Positions 1-13,900 of a DNA stretch of 64,000 nucleotides are shown here, piece by piece. Source of the stretch: a virus. The notes beneath the pieces are model-generated. The model was not told where the DNA came from. It was given only the letters and a program-made list of their open reading frames with translations, and made no database searches. The stretch lies in the IMG/VR virus record IMGVR_UViG_3300031963_000020, positions 84,341-148,340 of that record; one strand, 5' to 3'. Both the position numbers and the translations under genes were made by a program. Position 1 is the first letter of the stretch, and each line of letters starts with the position of its first letter.

Positions 1-96
1 AAACTCAGGATGTATTTATCCCCTTCGTGATGCAGGTGTTCTATACTCACGAAGGGGATTTTTACTTATAAAATCTATTTGTATCAATTGAAATGA

Positions 97-114
97 TACT
101 TATATAGAGGTAGA
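97..114 (+). promoter_or_regulatory. Putative late-promoter/regulatory element TACTTATATAGAGGTAGA, identical copy at 19985-20002
   Basis: Exact 18-nt match upstream of two structural genes (140 and 20025); core TA[CT]TTATA recurs upstream of other structural genes. Confidence 0.55.
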
Positions 115-139
115 AATATTTTTAACTTGGGTGTGTAAT

Positions 140-487
140 ATGCCACAATTAACAGAATTACGAGTGGGTCAAGGGGAAACATTTGAAGTACTCGTAACGT
201 TATTACAAACTGTCTCAGGCACACCATTAGATATTACACATTACAATATCACTGGTCAAGTACGTGAAAATTATACAACAGATGAAATTGCTACATCATT
301 TAATGTAGCAAAAGTTTTACCATATACATCTGGTAGTTTACGTATTACATTAAATGAAGATCAAACAATAAATCTTACACAACGTAGATATGTGTATGAT
401 ATTTTAATTACAAGCGGTTCAGGCACCCCAGTAAATCGTCGTATTTTAGAAGGACCACTCACCGTTCGTCCAGCTGCAACGAGATAA
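140..487 (+). CDS. Small virion adaptor/baseplate-fibre attachment protein (BppU-like Ig fold)
   Basis: QGETF...LDIT...GQVR...YVYDILIT...RILEG-x-LTV-x-P signature typical of phage fibre adaptor proteins; ATG at 140 preferred over GTG at 131; precedes the fibre genes. Confidence 0.6.
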   Translation: MPQLTELRVGQGETFEVLVTLLQTVSGTPLDITHYNITGQVRENYTTDEIATSFNVAKVLPYTSGSLRITLNEDQTINLTQRRYVYDILITSGSGTPVNRRILEGPLTVRPAATR

Positions 488-490
488 AAG

Positions 491-3400
491 ATGAGCTTAC
501 CAGATATTACTGTTGTTATACAAAAACCAGATGTAGTTGTCAGAAACTTAGGTGGTTCAGGATCATTTTTAAATGTCGCTGATTCCGCAGTAAGTTCTTC
601 TTATGCATTGACTGCAAGTTATGCATTAAATGGTGGTGGTGGAGGTGGTGGTGGAGATGGTGCAACAGGTCCAACTGGTGCAACTGGTCCTCGTGGTGCA
701 ACGGGTGTTGCAGGCTCTCCAGGTGGTGCAACGGGACCAACAGGTCCATCAGGTAGTCAAGGTGCAACAGGTATTCAAGGTTTAACAGGTGCACAAGGTG
801 CAACAGGTGTACAAGGTACCACAGGTCCTACTGGTGCGCAAGGACCAACTGGTAGCACTGGTCCACAAGGTATTCAAGGTGTCACAGGTCCAACTGGTGC
901 AATTGGTCCACAAGGTGTAACAGGTAGTACAGGACCACAAGGTATTCAAGGTGTTACTGGATCTACTGGTCCTATCGGTCCACAAGGTGTAACAGGTAGT
1001 ACAGGACCACAAGGAATCACGGGGCCAATAGGTGCAACTGGTCCGGAAGGTCCAACAGGTGCATCTGGTCCAACTGGTAGTACAGGTCCTACGGGTATTC
1101 AAGGTATTCAAGGACCAACTGGTAGTACAGGTCCGCAAGGTGATACAGGTCCACAAGGTTCAATTGGTCCAATAGGCCCAACAGGTCCAACTGGTAGCAC
1201 AGGTCCACAAGGACCACAAGGTGATATTGGTATTACTGGTGCAACAGGTATCCAAGGACCAACAGGGTCAACAGGACCGCAAGGTATCCAAGGTGTCACA
1301 GGTCCAACAGGTCCAATTGGTCCTGGATTAAATATTAGTGGTAGTTTACCAGATACGGGTAGCCTTCCTCCATCGGCGCCAACTGGTTCTGCATTTATTA
1401 TTGGTCAAGATTTATGGGTATATAATGGAACTTCTTGGGTAGACGTTGGTGATATCTACGGACCATCGGGTTCTACAGGCCCAACAGGTCCACAAGGTAC
1501 CACAGGTCCAACAGGCCCAATAGGTCCACAAGGTGTAACAGGCAGTACAGGCCCAACAGGACCAGAAGGCCCAACAGGTGCATCTGGTCCATCTGGTAGT
1601 GTTGGTCCACAAGGTCCAGTCGGTCCAATAGGTCCAACAGGTCCAACTGGTAGTACAGGTCCACAAGGACCAGAAGGTAACCAAGGAGAAACAGGTCCAA
1701 CAGGTGTACAAGGTGCAACAGGTATTCAAGGGCCAACTGGTAGTACAGGTCCACAAGGTATAACAGGTCCAACAGGACCAATTGGTGTAACTGGACCAAC
1801 AGGTGTTGCAGGACCAACGGGTTCAACAGGTCCAGCAGGTACTGCTGGACCAACAGGTAGCACAGGTCCAATTGGTCCAGAAGGACCAACGGGTAGTACA
1901 GGACCAACAGGTCCACAAGGTGTAACAGGTAGTACAGGTCCAGTAGGTTTACAAGGTGTTACTGGTTCTACAGGCCCAACAGGTCCACAAGGTGTAACAG
2001 GCTCAGAAGGTGCAACTGGTCCAATTGGTGTTACTGGTGCAACTGGTGTTACAGGTTCCACAGGTCCAACAGGTCCAGTAGGTCCAACAGGTAGCACAGG
2101 TCCAACAGGTCCACAAGGAACCACGGGTCCAACTGGTGCAACTGGTTTACCTGGTGACATCTATTCTACAACCAGTAGCACATCACTTTCTATCGGAACT
2201 GGTTCAAAAACATTAACTATTGCAACGGGACTTGCATATAGTATTGGTCAATCTGTTATTATCGCATTCGATAATAGTAACAAAATGGAAGGTAGTGTTA
2301 CCTCATACGATAGTGGAACAGGTCAATTAGTAGCTAATATTACAACGGCTACTGGTTCGGGTACATACACAGCATGGCAAGTAAGTTTGGCAGGTGCACC
2401 AGGACCAGCAGGTGTTACAGGTCCAACTGGTCCTGCAGGTCCAATTATTGCAGGACTCGTCAGTAGTTCTGCACAATACCCAGGATGGGTCACTAGTTCC
2501 GCACAAATTGATTATAACGCAATCACTAATAAGTTGAGTGGTGTAATATCCTCCTCAACTCAGTTTAATGCATTAACTGGTACATCTGCCTCATATTCAG
2601 CTACCGCATCGTTGTCTACAGCAGTAAGTGGTGGAACAGAAGATTATATACCACTTTGGTCATCAGCAAATACACTTACACGTAGTAGATTATACCAAAC
2701 TGGTTCTAGTATTATATTTGGTGGAACGACATTCTATGATGAAACCGCACCAGATATCTTTGGCTTGTACGGTGGTATAACAGACTCATTTAATTTAATC
2801 ACTGCGCACGCAATAATTGACAACTACTTACAAATAAATGTTCGTAACTTAAGTACAGGTTCTTCTGCATCATCAGATATAGTTGCGGTTAAGAGACTAG
2901 GAACAGAAACATCTGGCTTCATTGATATGGGTATCAATGATGACAATTATGTTGGTACGGAAATTTATGATGTTGCGGGTGATGCATACCTTTATACAGT
3001 AGGTGGAAATTTAGTAGTAGGTTCTGCAAGTGATACAGGAAGTGTAGTATTATTTACTGGCGGTGATACTCCATCGGATAAAAAAGTAGAATTACGAGCA
3101 AATAATTTACACGACATCACTGGTAGTCTTACAGCAACACAAGGATTTACTGGTTCGTTATCTGGTATAGCAACGACCGCATCATTTGCAACAGCAGTTA
3201 GCGGTGGAACTACAAACTATATTCCATTCTTTAATACAGCAAACACGTTATTTAGAAGTAGATTATATCAAACTGGTTCTAGTATTATATTTGGTGGAAC
3301 TACATTCTTTGACGAAACCGCACCAGATATCTTTGGTTTATATGGTGGTCTAACAAATTCATATAATTTAATCACTGCACACGCAACAATTAACAATTAC

Positions 3401-6319
3401 TTACAAATCAATGTTCGTAACTTAAGTACAGGTTCTTCTGTATCGTCTGACATAGTTGCAGTAACACCATTAGGTACAGAAGATTTTGGTTACATTGATA
3501 TGGGTATCAATAGTGATAACTACGTTGGTAATAGAATTTATGATTTACCAGGAGACGGTTATCTGTATACCACAGGTAGTAATTTAGTAGTTGGTACATC
3601 AACCGCAAATAGTAACGTTACTATTTTCGCAGGTGGTGACACTTACGCCAATCGTAAGTTAACATTAAAAGCAAGTAATCAACACGAAATAACAGGTAGT
3701 GTAAATATCAGTGGTAGTATATTACCATCAAATGATTCTGTATTTGACCTAGGTTCACCATCATTAAAGTTTAGAAGTTTATATCTTTCTGGTTCTACTT
3801 TATATCTTGGCACGCTCGCAATCTCTGATAATAATGGTACATTATCTATAACACCATCGGGGTCATCGACTCTTTCACCTGTATCTGGTGCATTTACTGG
3901 GTCGTTCCTTGGTAATTTGATCGGAAATGCTAATACAGCAACAACAGCATCGTTTGCAACCACAGCATCATTTGCACTAAATGCACAAAACGTACCACTC
4001 GGTACAGTATCAAGTTCAGCACAATATCCTGGTTGGGTCACAAGTTCTGCGCAAATTGATTATAATAGTATACAAAATAAGTTAAGTGGTGTAATATCTT
4101 CATCAACACAATTTAACTCATTAAGTGGTACATCAGCATCATTTGCAACAACCGCAAGTTATGTAGCAGGTGCAGCAAGTGACTGGGCATCATTAGCAAA
4201 TAAACCAGCAGATATCGTAAGTAGTTCTACCCAAGTCAAGGCGTTCTTACCTGGTGGCACTGTAAGTGCATCGGCACAATATCCTGGTTGGGTAACCGCA
4301 TCATCACAAATTGATTATAATAATATTACCAACAAATTATCTGGTGTAGTTTCCGCATCAGCACAAGTAGTACCATTACTTCCTGGTGGAACCGTTTCAA
4401 GTTCAGCACAATACCCAGGATGGGTCACTAGTTCCGCACAAATTGTGGTGCAAAATACCACTGGTATTGGTGCGTTAGCAACAACTGGTTCAAATACATT
4501 TGTTGGTAATCAAGTAATTAGTGGTTCATTAACTACCACCGCAGATACAATGACCTTCAATGGGTCGATGGCCGTATCGGGAACACTTTCATTAACTGGT
4601 AGTTTAAATGTATTAAACGGTGGATTTACTGGTTCATTAACGGGTAGTGCAACTACAGCAACATCGGCGTCATTTGCAACTACCGCAAGCGCAGCAACCA
4701 GTATAACATTTATACCAGCAACGTCATCATTTGCATTAACAGCAAGTTATGTTCCTGGTGCAGCAAGTGATTGGAATTCTGTAGCAAATAAACCAGCAGA
4801 TTTGGTCAGTAGTTCTACCCAAGTCAAGGCGTTCTTACCTGGTGGAACTGTTTCAAGTTCCGTACAATACCCAGGATGGGTAACCGCATCAAGTCAAATT
4901 GACTATAACTCAATTCAAAATAAGTTAAGTGATGTTGTATCAAGTAGTGCACAAGTTCAACCACTACTTCCTAACGGAACAGTATCAAGTTCCGCACAAT
5001 ACCCAGGATGGGTAACCGCATCAAGTCAAATAGAATTAAATAGTATTACAGGAACCACATTTGCAACAGCAAACTTTACTTTCCCACAAAACTTAACTGT
5101 CGCTGGAACACTTACCGCTCAAGAAATACAAACCGAATACGTAACATCATCTATTATTTACGAATCTGGTTCAACTAAGTTCGGTGATACAGCAGACGAT
5201 ACACATCAATTTACAGGTTCATTAAGCGTTCTTGGAACAATTAGTGGTGGATTGGTATTACCAGCAGGAACTGTAACAGCATCATCACAAATTGATTATA
5301 ACTTAATTCAAAATAAATTAAGTGGTGTGGTAAGTAGTTCATCACAAATTCAACCACTACTTCCAGCAGGAACAGTATCAAGTTCTGGTCAAGTAGATGT
5401 TCGTAACACAACTGGTATTTCAACACTTGCAACTACTGGTTCAAACACATTTACCGCAACACAAACAATAATTGGAAACGTATTCTTAAGTTCATCGTTC
5501 CCATTAGTTTATAATAACGATAACACTAACAATATGTTGTTTGGGTTCTTTGATGGTAGCTCCATTTACGGTGCATATTATCAAACATTTGGAAATAACT
5601 ACACGGCACTAAATCAACGTGGTGGTGCAGAGTTTGTATATGATATTAGAAATAATAGTGGTGCAAACTTCCATATCGCATCATTTAATGGTGCAACTTG
5701 GACTGAAAAGTTTAGAGTAGATGATAACGGAGCACACGTAACTGGTTCATTGGTATCAACTGGTGGTATTACTGGTTCATTACTTGGAACAGCAAGTTTC
5801 GCAACTACAGCTTCATTTGCATTAGCAACCGCAGGAACCGTAGAAAATGCAAATACAGCATCATATGTAGCATATACAAATATTGATGGTAAACCAACAC
5901 TAGTATCTGCATCATCACAAATAGATTACAATTCTATTACGAATAAGTTGAGTGGTGTATACAGTAGTTCGGCATTCGCATCACCAAACCAAGGTACTGT
6001 AAGATTAACATTAAATGGTGTTCAGTTAACTGACGTTGATTTGGGTGTACAAACATCTGATACCCCAACATTTGCTGGAGTAAGTAGTTCAAATCATATC
6101 ACTCCAACCGCAGATAATACTTATAACTTGGGTGCACCTGATAAGAGATGGGCAAACATATACACGGGTGACTTAATATTATCTAATGAAGGTTCTTCAG
6201 GTAATACCGTAGATGGAACAACAGGTAACTGGACTATTCAAGAAGGTGAAGAACATCTATACATTATCAATAACAAGTCTGGTAAGAAGTTTAGATTTAT
6301 GTTATCGGAGATTAACTAA
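491..6319 (+). CDS. Giant tail/collar fibre protein (1942 aa) with collagen G-X-Y region, duplicated 191-aa domain and [10 protein letters not shown] repeats
   Basis: About 500 aa of GPT/GAT/GPQ triplets; C-terminal GDLILSNE...[31 protein letters not shown] domain typical of large myophage fibres. Confidence 0.75.
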   Translation: MSLPDITVVIQKPDVVVRNLGGSGSFLNVADSAVSSSYALTASYALNGGGGGGGGDGATGPTGATGPRGATGVAGSPGGATGPTGPSGSQGATGIQGLTGAQGATGVQGTTGPTGAQGPTGSTGPQGIQGVTGPTGAIGPQGVTGSTGPQGIQGVTGSTGPIGPQGVTGSTGPQGITGPIGATGPEGPTGASGPTGSTGPTGIQGIQGPTGSTGPQGDTGPQGSIGPIGPTGPTGSTGPQGPQGDIGITGATGIQGPTGSTGPQGIQGVTGPTGPIGPGLNISGSLPDTGSLPPSAPTGSAFIIGQDLWVYNGTSWVDVGDIYGPSGSTGPTGPQGTTGPTGPIGPQGVTGSTGPTGPEGPTGASGPSGSVGPQGPVGPIGPTGPTGSTGPQGPEGNQGETGPTGVQGATGIQGPTGSTGPQGITGPTGPIGVTGPTGVAGPTGSTGPAGTAGPTGSTGPIGPEGPTGSTGPTGPQGVTGSTGPVGLQGVTGSTGPTGPQGVTGSEGATGPIGVTGATGVTGSTGPTGPVGPTGSTGPTGPQGTTGPTGATGLPGDIYSTTSSTSLSIGTGSKTLTIATGLAYSIGQSVIIAFDNSNKMEGSVTSYDSGTGQLVANITTATGSGTYTAWQVSLAGAPGPAGVTGPTGPAGPIIAGLVSSSAQYPGWVTSSAQIDYNAITNKLSGVISSSTQFNALTGTSASYSATASLSTAVSGGTEDYIPLWSSANTLTRSRLYQTGSSIIFGGTTFYDETAPDIFGLYGGITDSFNLITAHAIIDNYLQINVRNLSTGSSASSDIVAVKRLGTETSGFIDMGINDDNYVGTEIYDVAGDAYLYTVGGNLVVGSASDTGSVVLFTGGDTPSDKKVELRANNLHDITGSLTATQGFTGSLSGIATTASFATAVSGGTTNYIPFFNTANTLFRSRLYQTGSSIIFGGTTFFDETAPDIFGLYGGLTNSYNLITAHATINNYLQINVRNLSTGSSVSSDIVAVTPLGTEDFGYIDMGINSDNYVGNRIYDLPGDGYLYTTGSNLVVGTSTANSNVTIFAGGDTYANRKLTLKASNQHEITGSVNISGSILPSNDSVFDLGSPSLKFRSLYLSGSTLYLGTLAISDNNGTLSITPSGSSTLSPVSGAFTGSFLGNLIGNANTATTASFATTASFALNAQNVPLGTVSSSAQYPGWVTSSAQIDYNSIQNKLSGVISSSTQFNSLSGTSASFATTASYVAGAASDWASLANKPADIVSSSTQVKAFLPGGTVSASAQYPGWVTASSQIDYNNITNKLSGVVSASAQVVPLLPGGTVSSSAQYPGWVTSSAQIVVQNTTGIGALATTGSNTFVGNQVISGSLTTTADTMTFNGSMAVSGTLSLTGSLNVLNGGFTGSLTGSATTATSASFATTASAATSITFIPATSSFALTASYVPGAASDWNSVANKPADLVSSSTQVKAFLPGGTVSSSVQYPGWVTASSQIDYNSIQNKLSDVVSSSAQVQPLLPNGTVSSSAQYPGWVTASSQIELNSITGTTFATANFTFPQNLTVAGTLTAQEIQTEYVTSSIIYESGSTKFGDTADDTHQFTGSLSVLGTISGGLVLPAGTVTASSQIDYNLIQNKLSGVVSSSSQIQPLLPAGTVSSSGQVDVRNTTGISTLATTGSNTFTATQTIIGNVFLSSSFPLVYNNDNTNNMLFGFFDGSSIYGAYYQTFGNNYTALNQRGGAEFVYDIRNNSGANFHIASFNGATWTEKFRVDDNGAHVTGSLVSTGGITGSLLGTASFATTASFALATAGTVENANTASYVAYTNIDGKPTLVSASSQIDYNSITNKLSGVYSSSAFASPNQGTVRLTLNGVQLTDVDLGVQTSDTPTFAGVSSSNHITPTADNTYNLGAPDKRWANIYTGDLILSNEGSSGNTVDGTTGNWTIQEGEEHLYIINNKSGKKFRFMLSEIN
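656..2156 (+). repeat. Collagen-like (Gly-X-Y)n coding repeat with one short interruption
   Basis: 9-nt periodic ggt-ccN-acN pattern; translation [10 protein letters not shown]... Confidence 0.9.
2621..3720 (+). repeat. Tandem duplication of a 573-nt (191-aa) domain inside the fibre gene
   Basis: AVSGGT..YIP...[31 protein letters not shown]...[15 protein letters not shown] begins at 2621 and again at 3194. Confidence 0.85.
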
Positions 6320-9300
6320 TGCCAATTATAGCAGGTCAGATTACAGGTTCAGCACTTAGTGGTTCGTTAAATTATACGTTCCTATCTAATATTCCTTCTG
6401 GAATAGTATCTGGAGCTGCCCAAGTAGCCGCAAATCTACCAGCAGGGACAGTATCAAGTTCTGGTCAAGTAGATTATAACTCAATAACAAATAAACTGTC
6501 TGGTGTTGTTTCTTCGTCAACGCAAATTCAACCATTATTACCTGATGGAACAGTTAGTGCATCAAATCAAGTAGATATTACAGCAACTACCAACTACTCG
6601 ACATTTAGTTCATCGTTGGCAACAGTTGATGCAGGTCAAACCACTCGTATTGATAATCTAGCAAGTTTGACCAGTTCGTATGCAATTAACGCAACTATTC
6701 AAGGCCAACTTGCTGGAGTTGCATCAAGCAGTGCACAAGTAAAAGCATACTTACCAGCAGACACAGTATCAAGTTCTGGTCAAGTAGATATTACCGCAAC
6801 TAGTGGTTATTCAACCTTTAGTTCATCAATTGCAACCAAAAACGATACACAAGACGTATCTATCGGTGCATTAAATGCAGCAACCAGTTCATACGCAATT
6901 AACGCAACTATTCAAGGACAACTTGCTGGTGTTGTTTCTTCTTCTACACAAGTTAAACCATTACTTCCTGGTGGAACTGTATCAAGTTCCGCACAATATC
7001 CTGGTTGGGTCACTGCGTCATCACAAATTGATGTACGTAATACTACAGGTATTGCAACAATTGCAACTACAGGATCAAACACATTTAATGGTACTCAAAC
7101 CGTTACAGGTAGTTTATTTACTAGTGGGTCAAATAGTTTAGTAGGAAGCACTACGTTATCTGGTAGTTTAGTTGTCTCTGGTGCAGCAATTACCTCGACT
7201 CCAAATATTCAAATTTACGGAGATACAGAATTTACTGGATATGCAAAGTTTAACCCAGTCACCAGTAATATTGATACCTCAATTTCCGCATCCTACATTT
7301 ATGTTAGTGGGTCAACCCAAGATTTATATTTCTCTCAAAATAGTGCTGGATATAATAACGTTACTCGTTTACGTTGGTTAGAAAGTAACCTCTACACGGG
7401 TCTATTAAAGGGTGGAATACTAACAACAACAACAGGATCTACCACGTTTAATATCAGTGCAGGTGAAGGTATTGTTGTAACTCTTAACGCATCAACAACC
7501 CAAGACCCATATCCAACAATTAAGTTGGTTCGATGGGACGCAAAAACCAACGTTCCTATTACGTTTTCGGGTTCAGCAAAGATTACCTACGTTGGATTAG
7601 ATGTTGCAGGTAATGTTATACAACAAGTTGTTCCTTGGGGTAGTACCGACATCAATCAATTTGATACCCAAATCAATTTAGGTGTTATTTTACATTCAAG
7701 TGCATCAATATCAACAGGAGCATATAACGCTCCACAAATTTCATATGGAGCTCCGCAAAAGGCGGACGACTTCTTTAGATCATTTGGTCCACTAAAAGTT
7801 TCTGGTCACACCTTACAAGCAAGTGGTAGTAGCCCATCACTTAGTATTAAAAAGACCGCTGGTACATCATATCGTGAAGGGTCAAATTATGCAAATAATC
7901 CAAACCATCCCAACACGGTCACAGAAGAAAGTGATATTACAATATCTAAGATATATCGTTATTATATCTCAGGATCAACTCCTGTTATTGATACGGGTGC
8001 TAGTGGATCAGGATATCCCACTCTCGATAACCAAAACCGCGTTGATACAGCAACGGGGTTATTAACATCAATTGGTTTAAGTAATTGGTCTATTCAACGC
8101 GTATTCTGGGTTCCAGGGTCACCAACCAACGCGTTTATTGTCTATTATGGTAACACCGCATACAGCACACTACTCAATGCAGTTAACGCAATTAATACGG
8201 AACCATTCACGGAAGCACCAGATACGGCAGCTAATGCTGTATTCATCGGATACATCGTAATTCAAGGTGGTAGTAATCGTGACTTACTAAACGCGACGGA
8301 TTGTACTATTATTCAAGCTGGATTGTTCCGTAACATTGCTGGTGTTGGATCGGGTGGAACACAACCAGTAGCAACCACGTTAGCAGGATTATCTGATGTC
8401 GGTATTAGTAGTCCAGCTATTGGTGACTTGTTGGTATATACTGGGGCAACGTGGAATAATACAAAGTCATTAAATGGTAGTTATTCACTTACTGGTAGTT
8501 TAGCAACAAATGATGGTATTACGGCAATAACAATTAATGCAACAGCAGTATCCGCATCACTTTCTGGTAGCGGTGCTGGAGTATTTGGCGTCAACTATAA
8601 TACCTTATCAAATATTCCAGCAGGTATCGTCAGTAGTTCAACACAAGTTCAACCACTACTTCCTGGAGGAACAGTAAGTAGCTCAGCACAATATCCAGGA
8701 TGGGTCACGAGTTCAGCACAAATTGATATTACCGCAACAACTGGATATTCTACCTTTAGTTCATCACTAGCCACCGTAGATGCTGGCCAAACCACTCGCA
8801 TCGATAACTTGGCAAGTCAAACAAGTTCCTACGCAATCAACTCAACAATACAATCGCAACTTGCTGGTGTAGTATCAAGTTCCACACAAGTTAAACCACT
8901 TCTTCCTGATGGAACTGTTTCCTCATCAGCACAATACCCAGGATGGGTCACTGCATCATCACAAATAGATTATAATAATATTACTAACAAGTTAAGTGGT
9001 GTTGTAAGTAGTTCTGCACAAGTAGTACCATTACTTCCTGGTGGGACAGTATCAAGTTCTGGTCAAGTTAGTTTAACTGCCACCTCAGAATACTCTACAT
9101 TTAGTTCATCAATTGCAACTAAAAATGATTTGCAAGATGTTTCTATCAACGCACTGAACGCAGCAACTGGTTCATATGCAATTAACGCAACAATACAAGG
9201 ACAACTTGCTGGTGTCGTATCATCGTCGGCTCAAGTTAAACCATTACTTCCTGGTGGAACGGTATCATCATCTGGACAAGTAGACATCACAGCAACAACC

Positions 9301-10827
9301 AACTATTCAACATTTAGTTCCTCGTTGGCAACAGTTGATGCAGGACAAACTACTCGTATTGATAATCTAGCAAGTTTGACCAGTTCGTATGCAATTAACG
9401 CAACTATTCAAGGTCAACTTGCGGGAGTAGTTTCTTCTTCAACACAAGTTAAGCCACTTCTTCCTGGTGGAACAGTTAGTGCATCAAATCAAGTTGATAT
9501 CACCGCAACTACGGGATACTCTACATTTAGTTCATCACTAGCAACAGTAGATGCAGGACAAACTACTCGTATTGACAACTTGGCGAGTTTGACCAGTTCG
9601 TATGCAATCAACGCAACAATACAAGGACAACTTGCTGGTGTTGTTTCTTCTTCAACACAAGTAAAACCATTACTTCCTGGTGGTACAGTAAGTGCTTCTG
9701 GTCAAGTAGACATTACAGCAACTACTGGATACTCTACATTTAGTTCATCACTAGCAACAGTAGATGCAGGACAAACTGCTCGTATTGATAATTTAGCAAG
9801 TCAAACAAGTTCCTACGCAATTAATGCAACTATTCAAGGGCAACTTGCTGGTGTTGTTTCTTCTTCAACACAAGTTAAGCCACTTCTTCCTGGTGGTACA
9901 GTAACCTCATCAGCACAATATCCTGGGTGGGTAACCGCATCAAGTCAAATTGACTATAATAGTATTCAAAATAAGTTAAGTGGGGTAGTATCGTCATCAA
10001 CACAAATTGTTCCGCTATTACCAGCAGGAACTATTAGTGCGTCATCACAAGTGGCATTAAATGCTATTACTGGAGTTACTTTTAGTAATTCCTCATTCTA
10101 TTTCCCAAATAATTTACGAGTTGAAGGAACATTAACCGCACAAGAAATTAATACAGAATATGTTTCTTCATCGATTATTTATGAATCTGGTTCTACCAAA
10201 TTTGGTGATACAGCTGACGATGTAATGAGTGTTACTGGTTCTATTCGTGTCTTGGGTGGAAATATTAGTGGGTCGTTTATTGGATTGGTTTCTTCATCGG
10301 CACAAATAGACTATAACTCTATACAAAATAAATTATCCGGTGTTGTTTCTTCATCAACACAAGTTCAACCACTGCTTCCAGTTGGAACTGTTAGTAGTTC
10401 CGCACAATATCCAGGATGGGTAACTTCGTCAACACAAATTGTTTGGTCATCAGTAAACTACAACGGAGGTATCGTCAGTAGTTCGGCACAAGTAAAACCA
10501 TTACTTCCTGATGGAACCGTATCAAGTTCAGCACAATATCCTGGTTGGGTCACCGCATCAAGTCAGGTAACAATTACTGGTATATCAGGATTGGGTGCTA
10601 ACGTAGCGACATTCTTGGGAACACCAAGTTCTGCAAATTTAGCAACAGCAGTCACAGATGAAACAGGTACGGGTGCGTTAGTATTTGCAGGAAGTCCAAC
10701 ATTAACTGGTACGGCTACTGCAAATAACATTGTAATGTCTGGGTCGCAATTCTCAGGAATAGTATCAGGTAGTGGATTACAATATAGATTAGTGGTTCCA
10801 GTCGGAACTAACCAATACGCAACCTAA
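6319..10827 (+). CDS. Large Ser/Thr-rich repeat virion (fibre) protein, 1502 aa
   Basis: 71-aa (213-nt) tandem repeats (e.g. at 9340, 9553, 9766), [14 protein letters not shown] repeats, central non-repetitive domain; C-terminus shared with ORF 10941. Confidence 0.7.
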   Translation: MPIIAGQITGSALSGSLNYTFLSNIPSGIVSGAAQVAANLPAGTVSSSGQVDYNSITNKLSGVVSSSTQIQPLLPDGTVSASNQVDITATTNYSTFSSSLATVDAGQTTRIDNLASLTSSYAINATIQGQLAGVASSSAQVKAYLPADTVSSSGQVDITATSGYSTFSSSIATKNDTQDVSIGALNAATSSYAINATIQGQLAGVVSSSTQVKPLLPGGTVSSSAQYPGWVTASSQIDVRNTTGIATIATTGSNTFNGTQTVTGSLFTSGSNSLVGSTTLSGSLVVSGAAITSTPNIQIYGDTEFTGYAKFNPVTSNIDTSISASYIYVSGSTQDLYFSQNSAGYNNVTRLRWLESNLYTGLLKGGILTTTTGSTTFNISAGEGIVVTLNASTTQDPYPTIKLVRWDAKTNVPITFSGSAKITYVGLDVAGNVIQQVVPWGSTDINQFDTQINLGVILHSSASISTGAYNAPQISYGAPQKADDFFRSFGPLKVSGHTLQASGSSPSLSIKKTAGTSYREGSNYANNPNHPNTVTEESDITISKIYRYYISGSTPVIDTGASGSGYPTLDNQNRVDTATGLLTSIGLSNWSIQRVFWVPGSPTNAFIVYYGNTAYSTLLNAVNAINTEPFTEAPDTAANAVFIGYIVIQGGSNRDLLNATDCTIIQAGLFRNIAGVGSGGTQPVATTLAGLSDVGISSPAIGDLLVYTGATWNNTKSLNGSYSLTGSLATNDGITAITINATAVSASLSGSGAGVFGVNYNTLSNIPAGIVSSSTQVQPLLPGGTVSSSAQYPGWVTSSAQIDITATTGYSTFSSSLATVDAGQTTRIDNLASQTSSYAINSTIQSQLAGVVSSSTQVKPLLPDGTVSSSAQYPGWVTASSQIDYNNITNKLSGVVSSSAQVVPLLPGGTVSSSGQVSLTATSEYSTFSSSIATKNDLQDVSINALNAATGSYAINATIQGQLAGVVSSSAQVKPLLPGGTVSSSGQVDITATTNYSTFSSSLATVDAGQTTRIDNLASLTSSYAINATIQGQLAGVVSSSTQVKPLLPGGTVSASNQVDITATTGYSTFSSSLATVDAGQTTRIDNLASLTSSYAINATIQGQLAGVVSSSTQVKPLLPGGTVSASGQVDITATTGYSTFSSSLATVDAGQTARIDNLASQTSSYAINATIQGQLAGVVSSSTQVKPLLPGGTVTSSAQYPGWVTASSQIDYNSIQNKLSGVVSSSTQIVPLLPAGTISASSQVALNAITGVTFSNSSFYFPNNLRVEGTLTAQEINTEYVSSSIIYESGSTKFGDTADDVMSVTGSIRVLGGNISGSFIGLVSSSAQIDYNSIQNKLSGVVSSSTQVQPLLPVGTVSSSAQYPGWVTSSTQIVWSSVNYNGGIVSSSAQVKPLLPDGTVSSSAQYPGWVTASSQVTITGISGLGANVATFLGTPSSANLATAVTDETGTGALVFAGSPTLTGTATANNIVMSGSQFSGIVSGSGLQYRLVVPVGTNQYAT

Positions 10828-10848
10828 TAAAAGTTGATATTTTATGGT

Positions 10849-10878
10849 AAAAAAGGCATCCAGACGGGTGCCTTTTTT
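10849..10878 (+). terminator. Intrinsic (probably bidirectional) terminator
   Basis: AAAAAA-GGCATCC-agac-GGGTGCC-TTTTTT just after the stop at 10827. Confidence 0.85.
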
Positions 10879-10900
10879 CGTTTATTCCGGTATAAAATGA

Positions 10901-10908
10901 TATTTATA
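10901..10908 (+). promoter_or_regulatory. Putative late promoter core TATTTATA
   Basis: Follows the terminator and precedes 10941; same 8-mer upstream of 15889 and 27589. Confidence 0.45.
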
Positions 10909-10940
10909 CGGGGGTGTATACACTTTAGTTTGAGTCTAAT

Positions 10941-13900
10941 ATGAGTTTATTAAAAGTCAATAATATCGAACTTGCTACATCTGGTAGTACTAACGTTACA
11001 TTTAATGACGACGTTACATTCGGTGCCGCAGTTAATATTTCTTCGGGATCTATCACAGCAAGTTTCGCTATTGCAAACGCATCTATCGAAAAAGAAAAAC
11101 TAACAAATGACGCCAGAGACTTCGTAAATATTCTTAATAAACCAGCAGGTCTTATCAGTAGTTCTGGTCAGTTCGTTAGTGCAATTTCTGGTTCCTCTTT
11201 AGAACTTGGTGGTATATTAGCAACGGGTAGTATTAGAACAACGAGTGTATTTAGTGGTAGTGGTGCACAACTATTTGGAATTCCAAACGCAGCATTAAAT
11301 AATAGTTCTATTACAATCAACGGTGGTGCAGTTTCACTCGGTGGAACTAGAACGCTTACCACAAGTGATATTACAGAAGGAACAAATCAATATTATACTG
11401 ACGCACGTGTAAAATCAAAATTAGATAGTGAAACCGTAGTCAGTAGTTCTGGTCAAATTAATTATCAAGCTGTAACGGGGCAACCTACAGTTAATACGTT
11501 TGGTGGAGATGGTAATCAATCGTTTACTATTGTAAATGGTATTTTTATTAGTGCATCTGGTGGTGCAGATGGTATTATTGTCACAAACGATTCAGGTAAC
11601 CAACTATTACGTTTTAGAACTGTTGGTGGAACAGTTTCGTCCTCCGCACAAGTAACAGCAGCATTACCTGCTGGTGTAGTATCAAGTTCAACACAAGTTC
11701 AACCATTACTTCCTGGTGGAACAGTTAGTGCATCGGCACAATACCCAGGATGGGTGACCGCATCAAGTCAAATTGATTATAACTCAATTACAAACAAATT
11801 AAGTGGTGTTGTTTCTACATCAGCACAAGTTCAACCATTATTACCAGCAGATACAGTTTCCGCATCAGCACAAGTTAAAGCATTTTTACCAGATGGAACA
11901 GTAAGTGCATCGGCACAATATCCTGGATGGATTACTTCATCTACACAAGTAGTTCAATCATTACCTGGTGGAACTGTATCGGCATCGGCACAATACCCAG
12001 GATGGGTTACCGCATCATCACAAATAATTGTACAAAACACTACTGGTATTGGAGCTATAGCAACCACTGGATCAAATACCTTTATTGGTAATCAAATTAT
12101 CTCAGGTTCTACAACAATTACTGGTGACTTAACAGTACAAGGAACCTCGTCTGTTACGTATGTTACCTCGTCGCAACTTAACGTAGGATCAAATACCATT
12201 ACACTAAATACTACCGATGTACTTCGTTACGGTGGGTTAACAGTATTTGATTCTGCTTCTGCTGGACAATCTGGTTCACTTCTCTGGGACAGTGTAAATA
12301 ATGTATGGTTATATGTCCACGCAGGAACCAGTAATACCAGTAGTATATTGATTACAGGTCCGGAAAATACTGGTGCGTTGGGTAGTGAACAGTTCTTAAC
12401 ACCTAATTTATTACCAAAGGCTGGACTAACTGGTGACCACATTGTAAATTCACAAATTAGTGATAACGGAACACAAGTGGGTATCGTTGGTGGGCTAAAA
12501 GTTACAGGATCCATCACATCGTCTCATATAGTTCCCGCAGTTACTGATACCTTTGATTTAGGTTCACCAACCTTAAAGTTTAGAGACTTGTATCTTTCTG
12601 GTTCAACGTTATATCTTGGCTCATTAGCAATTAGAGATAATGGTGGTGCGTTATCTATTGGACCATCTGGGTCAGCAATTGGAACCAATTCACCTGTATC
12701 GGGTGCATTTACAGGATCATTCCAAGGTAACGGTAGTCAATTAACTAATATCGCAAATGCAGCACTTCCTGGTGGTATAATTTCATCATCAACACAACTA
12801 CCAGCAGGTACAGTATCCGCATCGTCACAATATCCTGGATGGGTCACCGCATCAAGTCAAATTGACTACAACTCAATCACCAATAAACTTTCTGGTGTTT
12901 TTAGCAGTTCAACACAAATTGCAAATAATTTACCAGCAGGTACAGTATCAAGTTCTGGTCAAATTAATGCAGGTGCAACAGCAAACTTTGCAACTGCAGT
13001 AGCAGCACAACTTGGTACAGTACACTCTGGTAGTTTTATGAGTACCGCAACTACTAATAACTTACCAGAAGGTGTCACTAATCTTTACTACACGGATGCA
13101 CGAGTAAAAACCAAGATGAGTGGTGATGTTGTTCATTCTGGTAGTTTCCTTGGTACCGCAACCACTGATAATTTAACACAAGGATCAACTAACAAGTATT
13201 ACGCAAATTCCTTAGTATTAAGTTATATTGACTCACTTTCAGTTCTCAGTAGTTCACAACAAGTTGTCAATAGATTACCAATTGGAACAGTATCAAGTTC
13301 AAATCAAATTTCAAACGTATTAGTTACTAGTGCAAGTTACGCAGCAACTGCAAGTTTAGCACTTGGGGTATCTGGGTCACTTGCGGTCAGTACTGATGGA
13401 TTAAATGAAGGTAGCATAAATCTTTATTACACAGATGCACGAGTTAAGACCAAGTTAAATGCAGAAAATGTACATTCGGCAAGTTTCTTAGGAACGGCAA
13501 CCACTACCAACTTAACAGAAGGTATTAACTTATATTTTACCAATCAACGTGCGAAGGATGCACTTCCTGGGGTAGTATCATCGTCAGCACAAGTACCAAC
13601 ACTTCTTCCTGGCGGAACGGTATCATCATCAGCACAATATCCTGGTTGGGTCACCGCATCAAGTCAAATTGACTATAACTCAATACAAAATAAATTATCT
13701 GGTGTTATATCTTCTTCTACGCAAGTCAAACCATTACTTCCTGATGGAACCGTCACATCATCAGCACAATATCCAGGATGGGTCACTAGTTCAACACAAG
13801 TTGTCTGGTCATCGGTTAACTACAACGCGGGTATCGTCAGTAGTTCTGGTCAAGTTCAACCACTATTACCTGGTGGAACAGTATCATCATCAGCACAATA